33,589 bases of DNA. It comes from a virus. Lineage: Duplodnaviria > Caudoviricetes. The DNA lies in the IMG/VR virus record IMGVR_UViG_3300042695_000544, positions 1-33,589 of that record. One strand, written 5' to 3'. The notes below the pieces were generated by a model. The model had not been told where the DNA came from. It was given only the letters and a program-made list of their open reading frames with translations, and made no database searches. The stretch's first letter is position 1. Every line of letters starts with the position of its first letter. The translations under genes and the position numbers were made by a program. Below, one piece after another: positions 26,401 to 33,589 of this stretch.

Positions 26401-29400
26401 TAGCTCAAGCTGAGCAAGAGATCGACGCTGGCCCCATTGGCCAAGCCAAGCAGAAGTTGGAGGATGAAGGCTCCGACATGAAAAAGAGCCAGGTTAAAGC
26501 CATGGCGCGTAAACTGGAGGCTAGCGGCGTCATTGATGACTCTGAGTTGGATGATGAAGGCCGTGACACTGGAGTGGATGAGCTTGTCGGTCAGCTGCTA
26601 GAACGCGTTGAGGAGGCCCGGGATACGGCGATTCAAGAGCGGGAACAGGAGTTGGCTGATGAGGCGAAGGCTGAAAAGGCAGCTCCCAAAACAGCCGCCC
26701 AATCCGCCATCGACGCCATCGACAAGGTCAGCAAAGGGCTGTCAGAAAATTCATACTCCGATCCGTTGTTTTTGACCCCGCTGGCAAAGCTAGCACTGCA
26801 AATTGCCAAGGGACTAATTCAGGTTGGTGTTGCGGTTGATAAAGCAATTCGCCAAGCCATCGCGCAGGCTAGACAGCAGTTTCCGAATGATCCTACTGAC
26901 GACATCCAGTTGGCCGATCGACTGATTCGAGATGCGGAGTATACCGCAGCTGTTGCAGCTGGTGACATGGAGACAGCGCAGCGGATGGTTGATGAGGCTG
27001 CGGTAAAGGCGGGGTACAAAACCAAAGGATTTCACCGCACACCGAAAGCGTTCACCAAGTTTATTCCTGGAGGACCTAAAGCTGAGGCTCAATTCTGGAC
27101 CACCAAAGCAGGAGAATTTAGAACCCTGTTTGGTCAGTCAGGAAGAGCCATTTGGTTTGGATCGTCTCCAGAGAATCTTCCTGCATACCATAACGAGCCA
27201 AGTGGAAAAGGCGTTGTGCTTGAGGTGTATCTGAAGAACCCATCACCACTGCAAATTGATGATGACACCAGAGCTTGGGGTCGAGACATCTACGCAGATG
27301 GGTCAAAGCAATTTCCACTTCTGCTGTCCGATGAACACATTCAGAGCATCAGAAAGGACGGCTACACTGGCATAGAATATTGGAATAACGGCAAGACTGC
27401 TGATAAGTCGGCGCCAGATGAGATGGTGGTTTTTGATCCCACCCAGATTAAATCCGCCGATCCCGTCACTCGCGACGATGAGGGTAACGTCGTTCCGTTA
27501 AGCCAGCGTTTCCAAGCTAGCACGGCTGACATTCGAGGAGCATCCGGTTTAAACCGTGGAATCGGAAAGCGGCTGTCCGATTGGGCTAGGAATGATACCG
27601 ACGAAGCTACTCGCCGGGTGCGATTTACGAATCCATCGACTGGAGAACAAGCGACCTTTGGAGATGTTATCTCCGATCTGCAATCAATCTCGGATGAGGC
27701 TGCTCCAGAATACGTTCGATGGCTGCAAAGCATTCCGAACAAATCTACTGCGACTGCTGACATTGTCTCCGATATTACCTTTATTTCCCGATTGGATGCT
27801 GAGGCTGAGCGCAATCAACGCCCCGACTCCGTCGAAGCCATCCTCCAAAAGGTAATCGCCGCTACCGATCCCAAGGGCAAGGTATTCGAGGCCATAACCG
27901 GGTTGTCGAACTTCGTGATTTATCAAGCCTCGAAGATCGCGCTCCGGATCTACCAGGCTACCAAGTCCTGGGTGGCCGCCCGTAATGCTGGCATGGACTA
28001 CATCAAGTCCCATGTCCAGCTGAGCAACGAAGCGGAGACTGCCGCTAACTTCGAGGAGTACATCAAGGCTTTCCCGAACCAGGAGATTCCCGCTGGGGCT
28101 CCTGGCCAGCCTCAGCCTCCGTCTCCAACCGAGCGCGTTGAATCACGAGGCATCTTCCGTGGTGATGTAGCCCGAGACACCGATGAAAACTGGCAGTCCG
28201 AAGCCCGCAAGTGGGTAGACTTCTACAAGGGGAACCTGGAGCGGGCGTTTCAGGGTTTTATGGGTCGCGACATTGATAAGTCGTTGCGGGAATACATTGG
28301 CGGAGAGTTGCTTCAACAGTCTGAGCTTGAGGTTGCCCGTGCCAAGAATCCGATTGACCTACTGCGGGCGCTGAATCTTCAAACACGCATCGCGAACGCT
28401 TTGGTTCAAGCGGGTTCTGACTTCGGTAAGCAAGGCCGCGCTCGCCAGCTGACGTTCGCTCGTTATGCGTGGATGGTTCCGCAGCTGGTGTATCGCCGAC
28501 TGGTAAACGAACGGCAGAAGCAAAAGATCCCATTCCCCGAGATCGTTGCCCAGCAGGTGCGTAAATGGCTTGTCGAGTCCGGCCAGCAGGCGATCGACCA
28601 AGTCAAAGAAGCTATGAAGCAGGCGGACAACGTGTTTGCCCGCGAGTTTAAGAAGATCAAGCAGGTCCCCGGTCAACCTAAAGGTCCCCCCATCGAGATC
28701 AAGTGGCAGGATATTCTAACTAAGTCCCTGCAAACCCAGGGCTCTGTGCGTCAAAAGATGCTTCAGGTTATCCTGGCCGATCCTCGGCTGAAGAACCTCA
28801 GTCCTGCTGGCATCGCTGAGATCACGAATCTCCTGACCAACGCTTGGGAAAAGAAGCGCGATCAGATTTTTAGATCCGAGTTTGCTAAGAAAGTTCCGCT
28901 GCCGACGGTCAAGCAAGATGCTCGCGAGAAGCTCTTTCGCTCTCTGCCTCGCATCCTGAAGTACGCCAACATCGCCAGGGCTACAGCTGGAGATCAGATC
29001 ACGACCGATGGCCCCGACACATTCCTTCTGTGGGATCAGGCTTTCCGAGATGCAGTGGCGCCAGAGTTTGGTGTGGCCGAGATCAACGGCCTTACCGCTC
29101 GCAAGCTCACCGAGCTAGCACAGCGGGCACAAGCCGCTCAGGGCGTTAACCGAAACCAGATTATCCAGGAGATGTTTCGCCTTATGGCCCGCGACGGCGG
29201 CGTGCGGTTCCCGGATGTCCTAAGAGATTACTGGTACGCGGCTGTGCTGTCCGGTACGCGAACTCAGCTGGACAACGCGCTCAACATCCTCAACGGCGCA
29301 CTGAACACGGTTATGCTTGCGGGCATGGCCGGTAAAGAAGCCGGGCTGGTTACCAAGTCTGCACTCAAAGGGCTCAACGAAGGTCTCCGAGACTTTTGGC

Positions 29401-30989
29401 CAATGCTCTGGCGCGGCGAGCTTTACCGCTCAGTGAACTTCAATCCAGACCAACCCGGCAACGCACTCGAAGGTCTCGGAGAATCTCGCAACCTGTTTGC
29501 CAAGGGAATCAGTCAAGCCAAGTACGTGAGCCGGCTGATGCTGGCACTAGATCACGTTACCGCCATGATGTCTGACGGAGCCGCGAAGGCTTACGCGCTC
29601 AACAAGGAGGTCGGATCCGAAGAAGCACGCAACCTGATGCTTCCAGAGGCGGACATAGTGAAGGCCGCCCGCGATCGCGCCATCGCTGAAGGCACCCGCC
29701 CTGACCTAGTCAACAAGCGCACCCGTGAGATTCTCCAGGAGAGCTTCCCGGTCGATGTCTTGATGACCTCTAAGGATATCCGCGAGGCCGTGACGTTTAC
29801 CGAGGTTCCGCAGGGTGTGATGGGTTCGCTTTACGAAGGACTGAACGCCGCTTCACGTAAGTTCCCGGCACTGAAGTTCCTGACTGGAACCAACTTTGTT
29901 CGCTTTGCCGCCAACTATACCAACGAGCTTCTTAACTACGCGGCTCCGATTGCGGTCTATCGTTGGGTTCAATCCGCACCTGGCAAGTCTGACCAGCCCG
30001 GCGGGCTTCAGTTTACACCGGCTCGACGTGACCTGCTGCTAGCAAAGGCTTCACTAGGTACGGCGTTGGGCGCAACGGCAGCCGCACTGTTTCTCGGGGA
30101 TGATGACAAGGAAGAGGATCGTGACATCGACATCACTGGATCGTTCAAGTCCCTCGATCCAAACAAGCGAAAGCAGCTGCTATCAGAAGGCCGACAACCC
30201 TATTCGATCCGCGTTGGCGATACCTACGTTTCCTACCGTCAGCTAGGATTCGGAGGTTTGCTTGGCGCCATCGGTGAACTTCGTGATCGCCAGCTGTTTG
30301 AACCAGAAAAATGGAATGAGGAGGGCATTATCGCCAAGGTTCAGGATGCAGCCACGGCCGGCCTGTTCATCGTGAAGGACTCATCTGCGATCTCTGGTCT
30401 CACGGAGTTCTTAGGCTTCGCTAACGCCTACAAGTACGACACCAACGAGGTTATCGAGAAATCAATGCCGCGTTACCTAGCACGGCTTGGTGGGTCGTTC
30501 GTTCCCAACATCCTCAAGGAAGTCGATGCTTGGTCTGACCCGTCGATATTCAAGGCTGAACCCGGTGGTCTCGGTCACGAATACTTCCTTCAGCAGGTGC
30601 CGTATGCCCGTCGCGAGATTGGGCCAGGTCCGATCCTGAACGTCCTTGGTGAGCCAGTGCGCGTCGAGCGTTACCCGTACAGCCGCTGGATTACTCAGCG
30701 TTCAGAAGACCCCGCCTGGAATACCCTCGGCCAGCTCGCAAGCAAAGGCGTCTTTATGCCGGTGCCGGCAATCACGGTTAAGGTCAACGAAAACGGCACG
30801 CGTCGAGAACTCACACGCGAAGAGAAATACGCCTACCAGCAGGCCGTTGGTCAGGGCTACCGCAAGTTTATCGAGCAGAATCGGGAGCGGCTGCTAGCTC
30901 TTCCGCCTGCCCAGGCATCCGACTTCATCGACAAAAATGCAGATCGCATTCGTCGAAATGCCCGAACAAATCTGAAAAATTCGTTCTGA
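23448..30989 (+). CDS. Large ejection / polyvalent protein (2513 aa) with an internal ART-like domain
   Basis: N-terminal Gly/Ala TM-like region (EALATEGVQE..EQ), P/A linkers, ART-like segment at about 26937-27512, C-terminal GRQPYSIRVGDTYVSY typical of large internal virion proteins. Confidence 0.85.
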   Translation: MPIEVDFGTELGTVVFPEDYTQEQAFDFVKQNRKQIQQNLIQRRQQEMAGETEQLEAAKYRAGEYGAVETALNTLSELPRMALEGTGVTLKGAARAAKFFPPPTVNPYTGRKIEQTAEVPLEQEPLYRAGQSIQEFGKETYPGLPGVRESIPAQIMGGIGSTVATLPAALIAGPAAPLGAAVSYGLQSGESAAEDADATINRRISEALANQQYDVAADLQDRREQTKNLAFITAAPIGAATEGLLGAAPKVARRFVTGQIGGIGTRLAESLVPKSAKFQSKFLGATGAERVRGAVEALATEGVQESAEQLGGNIAAAAVYDPERGWLDGVAQAGFVGSLSGGIVGGLVGSSRNAKLAGAANEALGGDPTNPLPRASSTVAGLEDGPQPTGPIDIEPEITPEDVLRMSQEAGIPMPAEEVAPVPAPVVTPVVAPAPEPQAVVTPAPAPAPAPAAPAATVDSETGLAPDEQDELDQLLTAEDAGLLSEEGAITLAGYRARLGGVEPAAIQTQPTISSAVQEQGPNEGVLRAEEQQPPIEVGLRQVDQGGRPAESSGAEVQVTPQEVRQVKARVAPAPVVEVTTSTKLPKNLAGAKPRYSISQDTYLPRFDSDFDLAAYIVTQTKKSDSDADYLKWAVERSGMTPEEVRKHGLQVRAELKKLAAKTKAGTAQKPAALVVPSVTITMPEVEATATPVSAPVAAPVTPAPTPVAPTPTPAPEYTPARINSLLRKLKAKATAVGKGLYEIKNLAPGQRLVLRTRFGGLQETDQFLLQEKSQVTGYPSDEGFILRDKQEAVAGETPRPAPKPAPIGPKPDDELTEQQYYDARVKEIARDNKATQAEVREQFSREDSNLEHWQAIRNAAESGKQLKVETLNRLPEARIEFLRKQYPQSVPQGYMAPAVSKSVAEKQAEMRAAKRGVRLAPAPAISEEVELNELRISKQQRGRLGRLTEERLQELEKKLAPTPAEPVVAEPTEAELQAAEEARLAQAEQEIDAGPIGQAKQKLEDEGSDMKKSQVKAMARKLEASGVIDDSELDDEGRDTGVDELVGQLLERVEEARDTAIQEREQELADEAKAEKAAPKTAAQSAIDAIDKVSKGLSENSYSDPLFLTPLAKLALQIAKGLIQVGVAVDKAIRQAIAQARQQFPNDPTDDIQLADRLIRDAEYTAAVAAGDMETAQRMVDEAAVKAGYKTKGFHRTPKAFTKFIPGGPKAEAQFWTTKAGEFRTLFGQSGRAIWFGSSPENLPAYHNEPSGKGVVLEVYLKNPSPLQIDDDTRAWGRDIYADGSKQFPLLLSDEHIQSIRKDGYTGIEYWNNGKTADKSAPDEMVVFDPTQIKSADPVTRDDEGNVVPLSQRFQASTADIRGASGLNRGIGKRLSDWARNDTDEATRRVRFTNPSTGEQATFGDVISDLQSISDEAAPEYVRWLQSIPNKSTATADIVSDITFISRLDAEAERNQRPDSVEAILQKVIAATDPKGKVFEAITGLSNFVIYQASKIALRIYQATKSWVAARNAGMDYIKSHVQLSNEAETAANFEEYIKAFPNQEIPAGAPGQPQPPSPTERVESRGIFRGDVARDTDENWQSEARKWVDFYKGNLERAFQGFMGRDIDKSLREYIGGELLQQSELEVARAKNPIDLLRALNLQTRIANALVQAGSDFGKQGRARQLTFARYAWMVPQLVYRRLVNERQKQKIPFPEIVAQQVRKWLVESGQQAIDQVKEAMKQADNVFAREFKKIKQVPGQPKGPPIEIKWQDILTKSLQTQGSVRQKMLQVILADPRLKNLSPAGIAEITNLLTNAWEKKRDQIFRSEFAKKVPLPTVKQDAREKLFRSLPRILKYANIARATAGDQITTDGPDTFLLWDQAFRDAVAPEFGVAEINGLTARKLTELAQRAQAAQGVNRNQIIQEMFRLMARDGGVRFPDVLRDYWYAAVLSGTRTQLDNALNILNGALNTVMLAGMAGKEAGLVTKSALKGLNEGLRDFWPMLWRGELYRSVNFNPDQPGNALEGLGESRNLFAKGISQAKYVSRLMLALDHVTAMMSDGAAKAYALNKEVGSEEARNLMLPEADIVKAARDRAIAEGTRPDLVNKRTREILQESFPVDVLMTSKDIREAVTFTEVPQGVMGSLYEGLNAASRKFPALKFLTGTNFVRFAANYTNELLNYAAPIAVYRWVQSAPGKSDQPGGLQFTPARRDLLLAKASLGTALGATAAALFLGDDDKEEDRDIDITGSFKSLDPNKRKQLLSEGRQPYSIRVGDTYVSYRQLGFGGLLGAIGELRDRQLFEPEKWNEEGIIAKVQDAATAGLFIVKDSSAISGLTEFLGFANAYKYDTNEVIEKSMPRYLARLGGSFVPNILKEVDAWSDPSIFKAEPGGLGHEYFLQQVPYARREIGPGPILNVLGEPVRVERYPYSRWITQRSEDPAWNTLGQLASKGVFMPVPAITVKVNENGTRRELTREEKYAYQQAVGQGYRKFIEQNRERLLALPPAQASDFIDKNADRIRRNARTNLKNSF
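24991..25149 (+). CDS. Overprinted small basic protein (52 aa) in the +1 frame of the large ejection gene
   Basis: GTG start; (M)PFKNKAQMKACYAQKSSNPQSKWDCDKWIKEGGLPKAAGPKSKSPRKKYGK resembles the 'MPFKSKAQ' type of small phage proteins; A/C-rich upstream tract like other starts in this genome. Confidence 0.65.
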   Translation: MPFKNKAQMKACYAQKSSNPQSKWDCDKWIKEGGLPKAAGPKSKSPRKKYGK

Positions 30990-30995
30990 AATTGC

Positions 30996-31024
30996 TGGAC
31001 ACTTGACGCCACTTGCCATACGTT
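30996..31024 (+). promoter_or_regulatory. Candidate promoter for the recombination operon
   Basis: TGGACA(30996)-17-TACGTT(31019)-9 nt-ATG 31034; extra TTGAC/TTGCC copies at 31003, 31013 and 31023. Confidence 0.55.
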
Positions 31025-31033
31025 GACTGACGT

Positions 31034-32035
31034 ATGAGCAACCTACAAGTCGCAACGCAGCAAGCACAACCTCTCAGCGCCTTCTCTTCGGAGAACGCGT
31101 TCGTCTCAGTCCAACGCATGGCCAAGGCCCTTGCGTCCAGCACCCTTGTTCCCGACGCCTACCGGGGCGAGGCCAACCTCGGCAACTGCATTATCGCGTT
31201 GGAGTTATCCCAGCGCATTGGCGCCTCAGTCATGGCTGTCATGCAGTCCATGGTTCCTATCCACGGCAAGCCAACGTGGTCTGCCTCGTTCTTGATCGCC
31301 ACCGTCAACAGCTGCGGTCGCTTCTCTCCGATGCGATTCCGCTGGGTTGGCAAGGAAGGCACCGATGAGTGGGGCTGCCGCGCATTCGCGATCGAGCGCG
31401 AGTCAAACCTGGAACTCGTTGGCGCCCTCGTGACCATTGCCATGGCGAAGGCTGAGGGCTGGTACGGCAAGTCTGGCTCCAAGTGGAAGACCATGCCGGA
31501 GCAGATGCTTCAGTACCGGGCTGGTGCCTTCTGGTGCCGCACCTACGTGCCCGAGATCGCACTGGGTATGCACACCTCGGAAGAGGTTCAGGACACGCCT
31601 GTGGCCCAGCAGGTGGTCCAGTCGGTCAGCGCGACTGTCAGTTCATCCATCGTAGACGTGACACCGACGCCGGCCGAACCGAAGCCGCGCAAGAAGAAGG
31701 AGGCCGAGGCTATCGCAATCGTGGAACCGCCCGCTCCCGCCGCTCCTAAACCCACACCGGAGATCGTTGAGACCGCCCCACTTGCACCCACCCCTATCAT
31801 CCCACTTACCCCTGTTCCCGCGCCGGAGCCTGAGCTTGAAACAGTCGAAGGGACGCTAGCATCCGCTGGGATCACCTACGAGCAGCTGGTGAAGCTCGTT
31901 GAGGATCTTAAGTGGTGGGAAAGCCCCGAAGACTATCCCACGGTGGCAGACCTTCCTCCTGATATCTGCAACTGGATCATCCGGAACAAGCGCGGTATCG
32001 GCCGTGCAGTGGTGAAGGCGGGAGGTGCGCTGTGA
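31034..32035 (+). CDS. RecT-like single-strand annealing protein
   Basis: AKALASSTLVPDAYRG...NCIIALE...VMQ....IHGKP.W...KW..MPEQML.YRA..FW.R...PE..LG; adjacent to an exonuclease gene. Confidence 0.75.
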   Translation: MSNLQVATQQAQPLSAFSSENAFVSVQRMAKALASSTLVPDAYRGEANLGNCIIALELSQRIGASVMAVMQSMVPIHGKPTWSASFLIATVNSCGRFSPMRFRWVGKEGTDEWGCRAFAIERESNLELVGALVTIAMAKAEGWYGKSGSKWKTMPEQMLQYRAGAFWCRTYVPEIALGMHTSEEVQDTPVAQQVVQSVSATVSSSIVDVTPTPAEPKPRKKKEAEAIAIVEPPAPAAPKPTPEIVETAPLAPTPIIPLTPVPAPEPELETVEGTLASAGITYEQLVKLVEDLKWWESPEDYPTVADLPPDICNWIIRNKRGIGRAVVKAGGAL

Positions 32036-32826
32036 ATTTAGTCCACCCCATCGACGTAAACACCTACCGCAGTCACCCGGCGATCAACATATCCAGCCTC
32101 AAGGCGTTCAGCCGGTCGCCAGCGCACGCTATGATTGGCTTCGAGGAAGAGCGCGAGCCGTCCGAGGCCATGGCTATCGGCTCCCTGCTGGATCACAAGG
32201 TCCTCGGGACGCCGTACCTTTGGACCACATCTCCCTACGACGACTTCAGAACCAAAGAAGCACGCGCCTGGCGAGAGGACCAGGAGTACCGCCGGGTCAC
32301 CGTGTTCAAGCAGGACGCGATCGAGACCGTCGAGCGCATGGTTAAGTCCGTCCGTGAACACCCGGTCGCCGGCCGTCTACTGGCCGAGCCGGGTAAGGCC
32401 CAGGTCGGGATGTTCGGTGAGTTCGATGGCTGCGACCGGAAGGGCCTGATCGACTGGCTTCCAGATGCGACCCCGGTAATCGTCGATCTCAAGAAAACGA
32501 GGGATGCTAGCAAGGCTGGGTTCCGCCGGCAGATCGGCCAGCTGCGCTACGACGTGCAGGCGGCGTACTACCGGGACCTCTATCGGGATATCACCGGGGA
32601 GACTCGCGCATGGCAGTGGATTTGCGTCGAAGACCAGGCGCCCTACGCGGTCGCTGTTTACCAGATGGACACCGAATCCTTGGACAAGGGTTCAGCCACA
32701 TGGCAGTCGTGGATCCGACAGTGGATGGTCTGCGAGGACACCGACAGCTGGCCGGGTTACAACGGCGACTCCATTCAAATCATTCAATCGCCCACCTGGA
32801 TTCTCAAAGATGAAACTCTCACGTGA
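32032..32826 (+). CDS. PD-(D/E)XK exonuclease (RecE/ExoVIII C-terminal-like)
   Basis: GTG start; Y...PAI..SSLK, GSLLD, KGLIDWL, IVDLKKT, YDVQAAYY, VE...PY, WPGY. Confidence 0.88.
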   Translation: MNLVHPIDVNTYRSHPAINISSLKAFSRSPAHAMIGFEEEREPSEAMAIGSLLDHKVLGTPYLWTTSPYDDFRTKEARAWREDQEYRRVTVFKQDAIETVERMVKSVREHPVAGRLLAEPGKAQVGMFGEFDGCDRKGLIDWLPDATPVIVDLKKTRDASKAGFRRQIGQLRYDVQAAYYRDLYRDITGETRAWQWICVEDQAPYAVAVYQMDTESLDKGSATWQSWIRQWMVCEDTDSWPGYNGDSIQIIQSPTWILKDETLT

Positions 32827-33064
32827 AGCCATTGAACGCCTGATGGGTCCACAGCCCACGATCGCAAAAACCGTTGTAGTCGAGAAATCTAAGGAAGGCT
32901 GGAGCCCGATGACCGAGAAAGAGAAGGCGGCCATCGAGCGGTTTGTGAAAGACAACCCCACGTTTTCCTACAAAGAGCTATCCAAGAAGTTCGGCCGCGC
33001 TCCGAGCGTGATCTGTGGTTTGTGTAAAAAAGCTGGATTGAAGATTCAAAAGAAACGCCCATGA
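32810..33064 (+). CDS. HTH-containing hypothetical protein
   Basis: Start MKLSRE (32810); SYKELSKKFGRAPSVI helix-turn-helix pattern. Confidence 0.7.
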   Translation: MKLSREAIERLMGPQPTIAKTVVVEKSKEGWSPMTEKEKAAIERFVKDNPTFSYKELSKKFGRAPSVICGLCKKAGLKIQKKRP

Positions 33065-33309
33065 ACTCACTCATCCAAAACGCAGTGGCCCGAGGTTGGA
33101 TTAGTTTCCCCCACCCAGCTGCGGTGACGGCACATCCAGACGTGGTCAAGGCACGCCTCAACTCACCAGACTACAACGCCCAACGCGCCTGGAAACTGTG
33201 GAACGAAGGCCAGAGCTTGGCCTACGTGGCGAAGGCTGTCGGCGTAAAGAAGCGGTGCGTGATGGCAATTATTGAAGAGGGGAAATCGAAAGCGAAGGAG
33301 GTAAAATGA
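33061..33309 (+). CDS. HTH-containing hypothetical protein
   Basis: ATGA-coupled; LWNEGQSLAYVAKAVGVKKRCV. Confidence 0.7.
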   Translation: MNSLIQNAVARGWISFPHPAAVTAHPDVVKARLNSPDYNAQRAWKLWNEGQSLAYVAKAVGVKKRCVMAIIEEGKSKAKEVK

Positions 33310-33589
33310 ACATCGAAGAAACTAAAGAAGCCATCCGCGTGATGCAGGCATTTGTGGATGGGAAGGACCTAGAGGTCTTGGGTCCTGTTGGAAAATGGGA
33401 ACCAGTACATTTCCCTCGGTGGGGCTGGGACGACACAAAGTACCGAATCAAACCCATTGCTACAATCCGCCCATGGACTGCGGATGAGGTGCCGCTGGGA
33501 ATGCAGGCGAGGAATCGTGAATACCCCAAAACACGTTGGTTGATCGACCGCACATCTAGCGAAGAGAACAGAAAGGATTGGTGTGAAAA
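33306..33589 (+). CDS. Hypothetical phage protein (partial, runs off the window)
   Basis: AAGGAGGT SD and ATGA coupling; MNIEETKEAIRVMQAFVDGK...W.W....YRIKP. Confidence 0.8.
   Translation, partial: MNIEETKEAIRVMQAFVDGKDLEVLGPVGKWEPVHFPRWGWDDTKYRIKPIATIRPWTADEVPLGMQARNREYPKTRWLIDRTSSEENRKDWCE

Noticed and set aside
1-33589. Alternative genetic code or stop-codon reassignment
   Set aside because: Genes tile the window under the standard code, and TAA, TAG and TGA all end genes at coupled junctions.

Overview
A 33.6 kb piece of a GC-rich, short-tailed (podovirus-like) dsDNA phage genome. It is gene-dense, and I saw no tRNA, CRISPR array, integrase or reverse transcriptase. From left to right: (1) a minus-strand replication block (partial VRR-NUC nuclease, SF2 helicase); (2) a divergent promoter with a 16-bp palindrome and a ribbon-helix-helix regulator; (3) a ~200-nt hairpin-rich leader, probable major capsid gene and terminator; (4) fibre/decoration genes and a holin/spanin-like cassette with no visible endolysin; (5) a converging minus-strand packaging operon (TerL, SSB, Cys-motif proteins, portal, scaffold); (6) a plus-strand tail and ejection operon (nozzle, modular beta-helix spike, adaptor, cupin, three ejection proteins); (7) RecT/RecE-like and HTH genes. 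The most notable observations are a probable 52-codon basic gene overprinted in the +1 frame of the 2513-aa ejection protein, the structured capsid leader, nested repeat modules in the tailspike, an ART-like domain in the ejected protein, Cys-rich outer virion proteins and near-leaderless promoters. All functional calls come from motif recognition by eye; no searches were run.
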